Below are positions 31,227 to 40,717 of a stretch of 64,000 bases of DNA, in pieces. The notes beneath the pieces were generated by a model. That model saw only the letters and a program-made list of their open reading frames with translations, was not told where the DNA came from and searched no databases. Both the position numbers and the translations under genes were made by a program. The stretch comes from Edaphobacter sp. (GTDB taxonomy: Bacteria; Acidobacteriota; Terriglobia; Terriglobales; Acidobacteriaceae), in the NCBI GenBank assembly GCA_050012935.1, contig JBEKGF010000023.1, positions 4,554-68,553 on the forward strand, read 5' to 3'. Within the stretch, counting starts at the first letter, position 1. The number at the start of each line of letters is the position of its first letter.

Positions 31227-31332
31227 TAAGTTTCCCGGAATGAGACTACGGGTACCACCGAATGTGATTACGGATTAGGGTGGGTGGCCCATATATATCA
31301 ATGCTCGGTGGCGGGTGGCCCAGGCACTAGAT

Positions 31333-31400
31333 GGGTGCCCCATTCATCGCGTCTTTGTCTTATGCGATGAGTGGGCCATTTTCGCGGTAGCGAAAATCCA
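31333..31400 (+). repeat. REP-like element, family A
   Basis: GGGTGCCCCATTCATCGCG...CGATGAGTGGGCCATTTTCGC...GCGAAAATCCA. Confidence 0.75.
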
Positions 31401-31418
31401 ATCCACTCTTGCAACCCA

Positions 31419-32012
31419 CTACGAAACAGGCAACAGGGAAATATCATCCGCCACAAAGGCATGCAGAGTCTGGCCCTGTTTGATCTCCACGTTCTTGCCA
31501 TGTTTGATCAGCCCAATCGGCCCAAATAGCACGGTAAGAACCACAGTACTCGTCACGCCGCTCTCACCCTCTTTACCCTTCGTGCCGCGCAGTTTGACTT
31601 TCTCATCCCCCGCCTTCAAATAATCCAACCGAATGCTCAATTCCCCGGCTTTTCCCATCATTCCGGACTTCTCAGCCTTACTCACCTCTCCGACCGCTTT
31701 GCTCCCCGCCTTCGCCACAACAACGCCTCCCACCTTGAGATCATCGACGAGCGTGAGGGTCACGGGATCGCCCTCCGCAGCCGTCTTTGAACTCAGGTCT
31801 TGTGCAAACTGCAGATTCACGTCTTCCCCCTCGCGCAGCTTGTACTTGCCCGAGGCGTCTGGCGCAGTGGGAACAGGAACCGCTGGCGGCGTCACGATCG
31901 CAGCGGGCGCGACTACGGAAGCCGCAGTGGCGGGCGTAACAGCCTGTTGAGAGAGGGCAAAATTGCCGGATCCAGAGAGAAGAACCAAGAGGGAAGCAAG
32001 CAGACGACGCAT
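31419..32012 (-). CDS. Secreted hypothetical protein (197 aa)
   Basis: Signal peptide, Ala/Pro linker, then LREGEDVNLQFAQDLSSKTAAEGDPV...KGTKGKEG...KHGKNVEIKQG domain. Confidence 0.75.
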   Translation of the reverse strand: MRRLLASLLVLLSGSGNFALSQQAVTPATAASVVAPAAIVTPPAVPVPTAPDASGKYKLREGEDVNLQFAQDLSSKTAAEGDPVTLTLVDDLKVGGVVVAKAGSKAVGEVSKAEKSGMMGKAGELSIRLDYLKAGDEKVKLRGTKGKEGESGVTSTVVLTVLFGPIGLIKHGKNVEIKQGQTLHAFVADDISLLPVS

Positions 32013-32110
32013 GAAATGGAAGGACCTATTCGCTGTAAGTTGAAGTCGTATCGAACACTACACCTCGTCCAGTCAGCAAACAAGGAGAAACTTCATCCCG
32101 CAGCATTATT

Positions 32111-32176
32111 GGTGCCCCATCTTCGGCGCGGTCTTATCGCGACTAAGGTGGGCCATTTTCGCAGCAGCGAAAATCC
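32111..32176 (+). repeat. REP-like element, family A
   Basis: GGTGCCCCATCTTCGGCGCG...CGCGACTAAGGTGGGCCATTTTCGC...GCGAAAATCCA. Confidence 0.75.
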
Positions 32177-32183
32177 AAAAACC

Positions 32184-32483
32184 TTACCCAGCCATCTCCT
32201 TCAGCATCTTCTCCCGGAGCATCCGGTTAGCCCGCGTCTGATATCCCTTCCCATCCTTCTTCAGCCAAGCGATCACATCCGCATCCAGCCGCAGACTCAC
32301 CGCTCTCTTCACTGGCCGATAGAGCCCGCCGCGAATCGCATTTTTCAGCGCCCCCGGCGGTAACTCTGGAATATCCGAGGTGTCAATCGGACGCCCTTTC
32401 AGTGCCTTCAGTTCCTTCAATTGCTTTCGCGTGAGCGGAGTGCCTGGCTTTCTCGTGTAAACCACATCACATTTCGTCTTCAT
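32184..32483 (-). CDS. brnA: BrnA antitoxin (DUF4415 family)
   Basis: IDTSDIPEL and PVKRAVSLRLDADVIAWLKKDGKGYQTRANRMLRE. AGGAG SD before ATG 32483. Confidence 0.9.
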   Translation of the reverse strand: MKTKCDVVYTRKPGTPLTRKQLKELKALKGRPIDTSDIPELPPGALKNAIRGGLYRPVKRAVSLRLDADVIAWLKKDGKGYQTRANRMLREKMLKEMAG

Positions 32484-32747
32484 AATCTCTCCTCTCATGG
32501 GCCGTCGCTTCGCGAGCCGAGATAATGCGAATCAAGTCTTCCCCATCCTCTTCAATCGTGTGAGCTGCGATCAGCAGATACCTTCCATGAACCTCTCCGA
32601 TCGTCTTCCACCGTTGCTCTCCTCCAACAAACCGATCTTCGATCAGCAACTGTAAAGGATCCTCAAAGATCGCCGTAGCAGTCTCGAAACTAATGCCATG
32701 CTTCCGCTGGTTGCTCTATTCTTTCTCTCGTCCCAAACAAACCGCAC
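32467..32747 (-). pseudogene. brnT: BrnT toxin with a 1-nt deletion frameshift near 32714
   Basis: GTG-RFVWDERKNR is in one frame. NQRKHGISFETATAIFEDP...RIISAREAT is in another; the junction reads aat aga gc aac cag. Confidence 0.85.
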
Positions 32748-32874
32748 GCAGTTGCCACCGCCTATACGCAATAGTATATACAAAAAAAGATATACAAATC
32801 GATCAACGCTTCGGCACCAAAGAAAAAAGTCTACAATCCCACTCACGGGGCCCCACAAAACAGGAGGGACTCAA

Positions 32875-33441
32875 ATGACCAGCCAAGGCCTGAAAGACCC
32901 GTCCGCACCCAGCTTCAAGGAGAAGGCGAAGCGGGAGTTTAAGGACTACATCGCCATCTCCCTTTACCTGGCCTTTTTCTTCTGCGCATTGTCGACCTAC
33001 TCTACGCTGCTGTTGAGAAAATATAACATCGAGTATCTGACCTACACCTTCGCGCTGATCAATGCTCTCGTCATCGCCAAAGTTATTCTCATCGGAGAGA
33101 TGGCTCACCTTGGCAGGAGATGGGAGAAGAAACCGCTGTACCTGTCAGTTCTCTTCAAGACATTTGTCTTTGGCCTGCTGGTCTTCGCGTTCCACTTTCT
33201 CGAGGAGCTAGTCAAACGTGTCATTCACCACGAGCCTTCCGGAACAATCCTGCATAATTTAAAACCTGAGGAGATGATCGCTAGAACAATCGTGATTCTT
33301 TGCGCCTTCGTTCCACTCTTCGCCTTCAGGGAGGTTGGCCGAGTGCTCGGCAAGGAGAGACTCCACGCGCTGTTCTTCAAACCCGATGCCGCGGCCAATT
33401 CGACCCTTACTTCAACAGGCGCTGAGCCGTTGCATGGGTGA
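32875..33441 (+). CDS. Hypothetical membrane protein (about 4-5 TM)
   Basis: GGAGG SD, hydrophobic helices, ALVIAKVILIGE and FVPLFAFREVGRVLG. Confidence 0.75.
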   Translation: MTSQGLKDPSAPSFKEKAKREFKDYIAISLYLAFFFCALSTYSTLLLRKYNIEYLTYTFALINALVIAKVILIGEMAHLGRRWEKKPLYLSVLFKTFVFGLLVFAFHFLEELVKRVIHHEPSGTILHNLKPEEMIARTIVILCAFVPLFAFREVGRVLGKERLHALFFKPDAAANSTLTSTGAEPLHG

Positions 33442-33459
33442 GCCACCCACCGCCCTGCC

Positions 33460-33778
33460 GCACAAAAAAATCCCCAAAAACCTCAACAAAATCGCATGTC
33501 AAGCCCCCAAACCACCTAACTCACTCAAACCAAACCACATCCGCGTGGCGTTTTAGTTCGGCCCAGCAAGCTATACTTAATACAGAAAAGAAAAACAAAA
33601 AAGCCCCAGAGGAATCTATCCCCCTCCGGGGCTTTCCCTTTTGCAATGAGGACTTTACCGACAAGCAGAATCGAAAAAACCAATAGAATCAAGACTTTGC
33701 CAAACATCCCCGAAGGGAGGTCCAAACCTAAACCAAATCGAATGAAGACTTTGCACACATTCCGTAGGGTGGGTGCCC
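33460..33778 (+). repeat. Dispersed ~300-bp non-coding element, copy 1
   Basis: AAAATCGCATGTCAAGC (33488), CCTAA, TTAGTTC, GCTATACT, hairpin AAAAAAGCCCC...GGGGCTTT (33597-33638), three AAT[GC]A[AG]GACTTT[AG]C repeats (33645, 33687, 33741) and GGGTGGGTGCCC end. Confidence 0.8.
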
Positions 33779-33883
33779 ACAGTTATGTTATTTTTCCGCA
33801 AACCGAATTGACGTCTCCCGAGTCCAGGTCTATAAATAAGTCTCCAACCCTTGGGCCCCCCGGACAACTAAAGGAGAAAGACC

Positions 33884-34618
33884 ATGTGGCTAAACTGCCT
33901 GCGTTCTCTATCTGTGTCCGCACTTCTGATCGCTGCCTGTGCGGTTTCCACCATCCCAATCCACGCCGACACCATCGCCTGGGCAACCTGGACCTCTGGT
34001 ACATCCGGCAGTCCTGGCTCGGCCACGGGCACTATCGGCAGCATCACCGTCAACTATTCCGGCCAGACGAGCGGCCTGCTCACGGACTATCCCAGTTGGA
34101 CACCCACAACCACTTTCACTGGCGGCGTCGTTGGCAACGCCCCACCCGCCATCAACAACTCGGTCGGCCTCGAGGGCGGAGTCTCCTTCACCGAAACTAT
34201 CACCTTCTCGACAGTAGTCGCCGACCCCATCTTCGCCGTCTGGAGCCTCGGTGCGGCTGGCACCCCAGCCTCTTTTGACTTCTCCGCCAGCGAACCCTTC
34301 ACCGTTCAGGGAGGCGGACCGTCCGCCGAGTTCGGCGGCACCGCACTCACTATCAATGGCGAGGATGCAGAAGGGCAGGAAGGCAACGGAATCATCCAGT
34401 TCAACGGTGACTTCAGCTCCATCACCTTCACCACCCCGCAATTCGAAAACTTCTACGCCTTCACCGTAGGCGAGGACGCGACCCTCACTAGCCAGCTTCC
34501 TTCTGGACCACCTGCTCCACCCAGCAGTGTCCCTGAACCGGAAACAATCTCACTCCTGGTCCTCGGCCTCGCCGCGATACCCTTCGCTCGCAGGTCACTT
34601 TCGCGCCTCCGCACCTAG
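33884..34618 (+). CDS. PEP-CTERM sorting-domain protein
   Basis: Signal peptide, Ser/Thr/Gly-rich body, C-terminal VPEPETISLLVLGLAAIPFARR. Confidence 0.88.
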   Translation: MWLNCLRSLSVSALLIAACAVSTIPIHADTIAWATWTSGTSGSPGSATGTIGSITVNYSGQTSGLLTDYPSWTPTTTFTGGVVGNAPPAINNSVGLEGGVSFTETITFSTVVADPIFAVWSLGAAGTPASFDFSASEPFTVQGGGPSAEFGGTALTINGEDAEGQEGNGIIQFNGDFSSITFTTPQFENFYAFTVGEDATLTSQLPSGPPAPPSSVPEPETISLLVLGLAAIPFARRSLSRLRT

Positions 34619-34647
34619 CAACCTAAACCGCAAATACCTAAAAAACA

Positions 34648-34682
34648 ATGCCCCCTTCACGACATAATGGAGGGGGCGTTAT
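34648..34682. terminator. Hairpin terminator between convergent genes
   Basis: AATGCCCCCTTCA-cgacataa-TGGAGGGGGCGTT. Confidence 0.6.
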
Positions 34683-34878
34683 TTCGTTGCACGCGTGCCC
34701 ACATCTGAGACCACCACGACTCGGTGCCCCCCTCGACCTCGAATCCAGGACAAAGTAGCCGCCCTAGTCATCCCGAAGAAGTCAAGACCCACCCCGAAGA
34801 GGAAACGTTTCTTCGGTGGCCACTTCAAAGGGGAGACGAAAGCCGAAAGGTGCCTTATTCCAGAGAGTACCCTTTAGG

Positions 34879-36795
34879 CTACGGAGCCGTGACTGTCGAC
34901 CGTTCAACCCACGGCACGCGCCGATTCGGACTGACGTGGATCTCGTAGCCCCATCTTGCGAACACCGTTGGCATGTCGTGACGGATGTAACGCGCGAGCG
35001 GAAGACTATCGATACCGTCATCGGGCACACCCCAGACAGGCAGCATCGATGGCCTGGTGATCACGCATGCCGACGGATTCGCTTCGAGAACCTGAAGCGT
35101 CTTTTGTTGTTTTTCAAGCGGGATTCCCCTCATCCAGTTATCCTCGTTGAACCCATCCGGAGTTGGCACTTCGGACCAGAAGTTGAAACTTCCCATGCCA
35201 GGCATCGTGAAAAGAATCTGGCAGTTGGTTTGGGCGTCGTTGGATACCGCTCCGTAATACGTCTCAAGGTCAATGGGAAGATGCAACGATGCCGATCCAG
35301 CCAAAGAAGAAGCGGGAGTCGGATAATGCCGGTGCCAAATACCTTGTTTCAGCATCCCAGCGGTCAAAATGACCAAGACGATTCCCCCCAGGACGGATGC
35401 TGCGCTTATGCGAACATGCCAGCCTTTTGTTGATGGAAATGAAGCGAGTAGCCCACCGCCGCCATCGTGGATGCAGACGAACGCCCAAAGCAGAAAAGGT
35501 GCTACTCCACTATTTACCTGACTGCCAGCGACCGAATAAGCCTGCATGATTAGCATCACTGCAAGAGCCGCAATAAAAATCCGTGGAAAATACTCAACTG
35601 CTTTCCATCGGACTTCCTTTCTCGGAATCAACACCAACGGAAGAAGAGCATACAGTGGCGCAAAAGAGAACGTTCGCGGAGCCATATAAGCTATGGTCCG
35701 TTTGTCTAACAACACAATAACGAGCACCCCAGCCACGCATTTCAGTACATCAATCCATGCGGAGCGTGTCCTCCACCGCTCAGGGAACCAATACAGCCCA
35801 GCCACGCAGACGGCTAACACTATCCCAAACATAAGCATCTCTTTTGTTACGACAAAAGGGATGAAAAACACCGCAGGTTGGCGTGATGGGGCCAATATAA
35901 CACCATCCAGTACAGTGCGCAGCGACAATCCTTCCATCGTCGTTGCGAGAAGGGTCAGAATGGCAAACCCTATAGCGCCCAGCGCGATGTATCGAAAAGT
36001 TTTCATGCCCTCGGACGCATAAACGTTCGCGCGCATTCCGGCAAGCAGAGTGGAAGTGCCTGCCAGAATACTCATGAGGCAAAACCCCCATGCCCACGCA
36101 TTCAGGAAATGATGCATCAGTACGATTGGCCCTGCCACCACTGCTGCAAATAGCAGTTGGCTGCTCATATTTCGTAGGCGGCCCTCCGGAAACACGCACA
36201 CGGAAGCAATCACAGCAGCAGCCAGAAAAAAAATCCCTATATTGGTTTTTGTAAAAAAGAGTGCCGTTCCGACGGCACCTAGTGATAACAACGCAGCTGG
36301 GCTCGGATTCGCCGAAATACAACATCCCAGCATCTGCAGTACGATTACCACCTCCTGCGGGTGATTTGGTTCGAGAGATATAACCCTTTCCAACCACATC
36401 GTTGCTAAGCAGGCAGCCGATGCGAGCAGTGCATTCTTTGACAGCCTGTAGACAAAAAGTCCACCAAACACGGCCGACAGCACCCAGTAGATATAGGCTA
36501 CAAGCCGTCCAGAATCGAATGAAACTGGCAAACGGAACAATCCGAAGATGGCTTTTTGGAGCAGGAAATAAAATGGACCATACATACTGAATACTTGCGT
36601 ATAAAGATGTTCCCCCGCAAAGTAATGCTTCAGCGAAAGAAGAAGATAACTTTCATCATCGCTAATGAAATGTGGCGTCGCGAGAACGTATTTCCCGAAA
36701 CGAAGTGTCAATAAAAAAGTAGCTAAGACAATACTCGCGCGCCCAATCGAGAGCCACCTGCTCTTGAATGAGTCTTGTTGCTGAGGATTTTCCAT
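34879..36795 (-). CDS. Polytopic membrane protein, probable GT-C-fold glycosyltransferase
   Basis: ISDDESY after TM1, YGPFY, FFTKTNIG, many TM helices and a soluble C-terminal domain. AT-rich codons. Confidence 0.6.
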   Translation of the reverse strand: MENPQQQDSFKSRWLSIGRASIVLATFLLTLRFGKYVLATPHFISDDESYLLLSLKHYFAGEHLYTQVFSMYGPFYFLLQKAIFGLFRLPVSFDSGRLVAYIYWVLSAVFGGLFVYRLSKNALLASAACLATMWLERVISLEPNHPQEVVIVLQMLGCCISANPSPAALLSLGAVGTALFFTKTNIGIFFLAAAVIASVCVFPEGRLRNMSSQLLFAAVVAGPIVLMHHFLNAWAWGFCLMSILAGTSTLLAGMRANVYASEGMKTFRYIALGAIGFAILTLLATTMEGLSLRTVLDGVILAPSRQPAVFFIPFVVTKEMLMFGIVLAVCVAGLYWFPERWRTRSAWIDVLKCVAGVLVIVLLDKRTIAYMAPRTFSFAPLYALLPLVLIPRKEVRWKAVEYFPRIFIAALAVMLIMQAYSVAGSQVNSGVAPFLLWAFVCIHDGGGGLLASFPSTKGWHVRISAASVLGGIVLVILTAGMLKQGIWHRHYPTPASSLAGSASLHLPIDLETYYGAVSNDAQTNCQILFTMPGMGSFNFWSEVPTPDGFNEDNWMRGIPLEKQQKTLQVLEANPSACVITRPSMLPVWGVPDDGIDSLPLARYIRHDMPTVFARWGYEIHVSPNRRVPWVERSTVTAP

Positions 36796-36923
36796 AACAG
36801 TAGAATGTCGGTCCAACATAGAAATAAGAATAATTTAAGGAAATAATGGTCTCAAAAAGATTTGCTCAGCAAGTCTACATGGTCCGGGCGGATGGACCGC
36901 ATCTGACCTCATAACCACGACCC

Positions 36924-36991
36924 GGCGCCCCATCTTCGCGACAGTTTCATCGTCGCTAAGGTGGGCAATTTTAGCTGCAAACGAAAATCCA
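36924..36991 (+). repeat. REP-like element, family A
   Basis: GGCGCCCCATCTTCGCGAC...GTCGCTAAGGTGGGCAATTTT...CGAAAATCCA. Confidence 0.75.
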
Positions 36992-37055
36992 TGAGAAAAA
37001 GTTGTATTTTTAAATTCGCGTTTAAGCAAAACAGCCACTAGTTTTCCATCTAGAG

Positions 37056-37545
37056 TTGCTGGCTTATACCTTCGCAGACTATGCATGGGCAGAGCTCTTC
37101 AGCGCGTCTAGCAACAATCCCGTCGCACTGCTCTTCACCGGTCAGACCGAGCCCAGCGGTAGCATCGTTCCCGCCCAGGGTTTGTCTGCTTTTCCAGTTG
37201 TCGCCACGCTTAGCCCGTCATCAGTTCCAATCATTCCTGGCGGACCAGTTTGGTCGCCCCTGGGATCGTACTCCGGTGAATGCTTCGATACCGGTTGCGG
37301 TTACACCGGCTGGGTTCTATCCACCTACGACATCCCGACTGGCGGAAAACTACTACGTGGAGTTTGGCGCCACCAACTGGGTAGACGAGGCATTTGACAC
37401 AGGCTTGGCCATCGATGGCGTCACCGTCGGCGGCCAACCTATAAATCCTCCCGGTCCTACTCCGGAACCTTCGACCCTGGTTTTGTTCGGTTCCGGTCTT
37501 CTTGGGCTCGCTGGCATCGCAAAACGCAGACTGCTGTCGCGCTAA
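37056..37545 (+). pseudogene. 5'-truncated, frameshifted PEP-CTERM protein gene
   Basis: FADYAWAELF...CGYTGWVLSTYDIPTGG continues as NYYVEFG...PEPSTLVLFGSGLLGLAGIAKRR after an extra A in the run at 37346-37349. No signal peptide or SD. Confidence 0.8.
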
Positions 37546-37699
37546 AGCAGCAATACCACGGGGTAGATCTCCGCGACTGCGGTACTACCCCGTGTTGAAG
37601 TTTTAGCCCTGCCTTCCACATTCCCTCGGTCTCCGAGAACAGCTGCGGCAAGCGCACCGACGTCGCTCCGCCACGATCTCGCCCCAACCCCTCATAAGC

Positions 37700-38012
37700 A
37701 CACCAAAAAATCACTCACCAGAACCCCCAAAAAAGGCAAAAATGCGTGTCAAGCTCTCAAAACACCTAACTATCTCAAGCCAGCTATTGCACTTTAGTTA
37801 GTTCCAACCTGCTTAAATCAGAAAAGAAAATCGAAAAAGCCCCAGAGAAATTCATCTCCTTCGGGGCTTTTCCCTTTGAAGTGAATACTTTACGAACATA
37901 GTCGAATCAAAACCCACAGAATCACGGCTCTGCCAAACGCCAACAAACGGAAGTACAAGCCTAAAGCAAATAAAATGAGGGCTTTGCCTACATTTCGGCG
38001 GGGTGGGTATCC
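37700..38012 (+). repeat. Dispersed ~300-bp non-coding element, copy 2
   Basis: AAAATGCGTGTCAAGC (37739), CCTAA, TTAGTTC, hairpin AAAAAGCCCC...GGGGCTTTT (37834-37874), sub-repeats at about 37880, 37921 and 37974, and GGGGTGGGTATCC end. Confidence 0.8.
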
Positions 38013-38057
38013 GAAAAGTCTGTTTCAATTTCCCAGATTCAAGTTAAACTCCCACCC

Positions 38058-38498
38058 ATGAAGCCACTCCTTCTCACTTTATTGGCCGCGACACTAACTC
38101 CCGCACTCGCCCAACCCCCTGCTCCAGATCCCATCGGCACCGAGCCCGACTTCATCTTCATCCAGGAGCTTAATCTCTGGAGAACCCTGCAGAACCACGA
38201 TCTCGCCACCTTCCACGCTCTCCTCCTCCCCGACTTTCTTTACATACAAAAGGCTATCCAGACCCGCGAGCAGATCATGGACAATCTCAACACCTGCACC
38301 CTCTCCAACTTCAAGTTCCGCAACCATCAGCTCCGCATGATCACGCCCGACATCGCCATCCTCGCCTACACCGCATCCAGCGAAACCACTTGCGGCGAAT
38401 CCCACCTCGCCGGCAGCTACAACGCCACTACCACCTGGGTCCGTCGCGACGGCAAATGGCTCGTCCAAATCCACACCGAAGTCCCCATCAAACCCTGA
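38058..38498 (+). CDS. Secreted NTF2-like (DUF4440-type) protein, paralog 1
   Basis: Signal peptide, ELNLW...DF...ITPDIAILAY...TWVRRDGKWLVQIHTE. Confidence 0.85.
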   Translation: MKPLLLTLLAATLTPALAQPPAPDPIGTEPDFIFIQELNLWRTLQNHDLATFHALLLPDFLYIQKAIQTREQIMDNLNTCTLSNFKFRNHQLRMITPDIAILAYTASSETTCGESHLAGSYNATTTWVRRDGKWLVQIHTEVPIKP

Positions 38499-38513
38499 AG
38501 CGCGAACGAATCT

Positions 38514-39164
38514 CTACTGCGGCGTCCCCGATCGCAAAGGCTGCAGGTCATGATCCAGCATCGTGGTCAGATCCTTTGCCAGATCGGCCACCTTCACCGC
38601 CGTCCCCGTCCCCAGCGATCCCTTCAACTCCACATCTGTCTTCTTCCCTGCAGACTCCGAGGTGCAAGGAGTCGCGGTCAGGTACGACGCCACAAACCCA
38701 ATCGTTCCCCGGCCCGTCGTCATCTTCTCGACCACCAGATGTAGCACTTTATCTGCCTTGGCTGCCGAGTCCACCAGATCCACCCCATTCATCGCGCCCA
38801 CGGCTTGTTTAATCGAAGTCGCAATGTCCCCTGTCGGATCGTCCCCGGTCACCGTTACCAGGACGTGTATTCTCCCCCCGGACATCGTCCCACTCGCCGG
38901 ACATGTCAGTATCTGCCTCCGCGGATCAATCCGTGCTGATGCCAGCAGCGCGACAAGCTGCATCTTCGTCAAGTTATTCAAACCCTCCGCCTTGAAATTC
39001 TGCTCCGCTACTCCCAGAGTCTGCTGCACCTCAGGCGACCACACTGCCATCCCAGGCTTCGCAGCACTCGCGCTCTTCGACTTTGCCGTCTGCCCGAACG
39101 CGGCATGCCCTGACACCACAACTGCGACCAGCGAAAAACCGCAAACCCGCCACATAAGTCCCAT
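38514..39164 (-). CDS. Secreted hypothetical protein
   Basis: Signal-peptide-like N-terminus and a coherent ORF. Start uncertain (39155-39191). Confidence 0.65.
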   Translation of the reverse strand: MGLMWRVCGFSLVAVVVSGHAAFGQTAKSKSASAAKPGMAVWSPEVQQTLGVAEQNFKAEGLNNLTKMQLVALLASARIDPRRQILTCPASGTMSGGRIHVLVTVTGDDPTGDIATSIKQAVGAMNGVDLVDSAAKADKVLHLVVEKMTTGRGTIGFVASYLTATPCTSESAGKKTDVELKGSLGTGTAVKVADLAKDLTTMLDHDLQPLRSGTPQ

Positions 39165-39234
39165 ATTTGCCACATGTCCTCCAGATGACATTGCAAAGCT
39201 ATCAGTAAGACGCTAAAACCAACCCCAAGCCTCC

Positions 39235-39320
39235 ACAGAAATGCCGATCAAGCCTGAACATCGCCTAACCCATTGCATAGAAAAAAGATATTCATAGCAA
39301 GTTGCGCGGGCTAATTCAGT
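39235..39320 (+). repeat. Degenerate partial copy (copy 5) of the ~300-bp element
   Basis: TCAAGC (39248)-N10-CCTAACCCATTG matches copy 4 (TCAAGC-N10-CCTAACCCATTG). Confidence 0.5.
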
Positions 39321-39358
39321 AGCCTTCGAATCCAGAAACCCGCGCTAACATAACAGCC

Positions 39359-39805
39359 ATGAGTCTCTTTCTCGTGGCAATCCTGGCCTTTGCCCTACCC
39401 TCTCAGGCCCAAAACGCAACTCCGTCTCCTGTAGAGATCGTAAATCTCGAGCAGAACCTATGGACCACCATGGCAGAAGGAAACTTCGCCACGGTCCGAA
39501 GCCTCTTCACCAAAGACTTCATCCAGGTAGACAACAAGATCCAGGCCGCAGACTCCTTACTAATTACTCTTAAGCACTGCAAGCTCGAGTCCTACGAACT
39601 CCGCGATCTCCAGGTCCGCATCCTTAGCCCGGACTCAGCCCTGACCGCCTATCACGTAGTCAATACCTTTAACTGCGGCACGGAAGATCACCCGCAGGTA
39701 AACAATTACGACAACAACTCCATCACCGTCTGGGTCCGCCAACCCAACACCGCTAAATGGCTGGTCCAGGCCCACACTGAGACTCCCACCGCCTTGGCAA
39801 AATAA
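39359..39805 (+). CDS. Secreted NTF2-like (DUF4440-type) protein, paralog 2
   Basis: Signal peptide, EQNLW...DF...LSPDSALTAY...VWVRQ...KWLVQAHTE. Two Cys are shared with paralog 1. Confidence 0.85.
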   Translation: MSLFLVAILAFALPSQAQNATPSPVEIVNLEQNLWTTMAEGNFATVRSLFTKDFIQVDNKIQAADSLLITLKHCKLESYELRDLQVRILSPDSALTAYHVVNTFNCGTEDHPQVNNYDNNSITVWVRQPNTAKWLVQAHTETPTALAK

Positions 39806-39848
39806 CAAAAACTCGCATAAAGTCGTTCCGTCACGCGAAAGAGGTCTC

Positions 39849-40715
39849 ATGTCCCTTCGCTACCGAATCGCGGCAGCAGCATTTTTTATGCTGGCCTTCA
39901 ACGGATGCGCCAACCTTGATGATGCAGCCGGATTCTCCAACCTGTCCGATAAAGCCCGCGTCGCTCTTCCCAAGGTCTCCAACGACGTTGCGGGCACCTG
40001 CGCCCGCCAGAACACTCTATTCAATAACACTCCAGCGGCAGAGCGCGACACAAGCCAACACGCTCAGGACTGCCAGCCATATCAGAACGTCGCAGATCAT
40101 CTTGCGAAAGACGAGAACGTCCTTGCCGACTACTTCGACGCGCTCGGCAAACTCGCCTCCAATAAACCGCTCAGCTATGACGCCACCATCAACGCAAATG
40201 TAACTTCTACCAGTGCAAACTCGGCCCTGTCGGCCAACACTATCTCGGCTACAAACGATGCCCAGGGAATCCTGAAAGCCCTCGCCGATGCCGCTACGAA
40301 AGGCTATCGGCAAAAACAACTCGGCCAGCTTATCGAGCAGAACGACGCCGCTATCCAGTCTCTTACCAAGGCTCTCAAGAAGGTCATTACCGTCGACTAT
40401 GGGTTGCTTCTCTCCAATGAAGAAACCACCCTGGACAACTTCTACCGGGGCCCCATGGCAGCCGCCACACCGAACGAGCGTCTCGCTCTCATCCTCGTCC
40501 AGCGCCAGTATGCGCACGATAAGGACGCTCTTCAATCGCGGAAAGACGCGATAGCCGACTATGGCAAAGTCATGGATGACATCGCCGCTCTCCACTCCAG
40601 GTTGAAAGGGGAAGCGGGCAAGAAGATCAGCATCACTGACCTCGCCAAGCAAGCCGCGCCCATCGTCCAATCGCTCCAGACGGCGCTCTCCAACATTCAA
40701 TCGAGGTTGAACTAA
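39849..40715 (+). CDS. Hypothetical alpha-helical lipoprotein
   Basis: GAGG SD, lipobox FNGC at residue 20, Ala/Leu/Gln-rich predicted helices. Confidence 0.75.
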   Translation: MSLRYRIAAAAFFMLAFNGCANLDDAAGFSNLSDKARVALPKVSNDVAGTCARQNTLFNNTPAAERDTSQHAQDCQPYQNVADHLAKDENVLADYFDALGKLASNKPLSYDATINANVTSTSANSALSANTISATNDAQGILKALADAATKGYRQKQLGQLIEQNDAAIQSLTKALKKVITVDYGLLLSNEETTLDNFYRGPMAAATPNERLALILVQRQYAHDKDALQSRKDAIADYGKVMDDIAALHSRLKGEAGKKISITDLAKQAAPIVQSLQTALSNIQSRLN

Positions 40716-40717
40716 CC

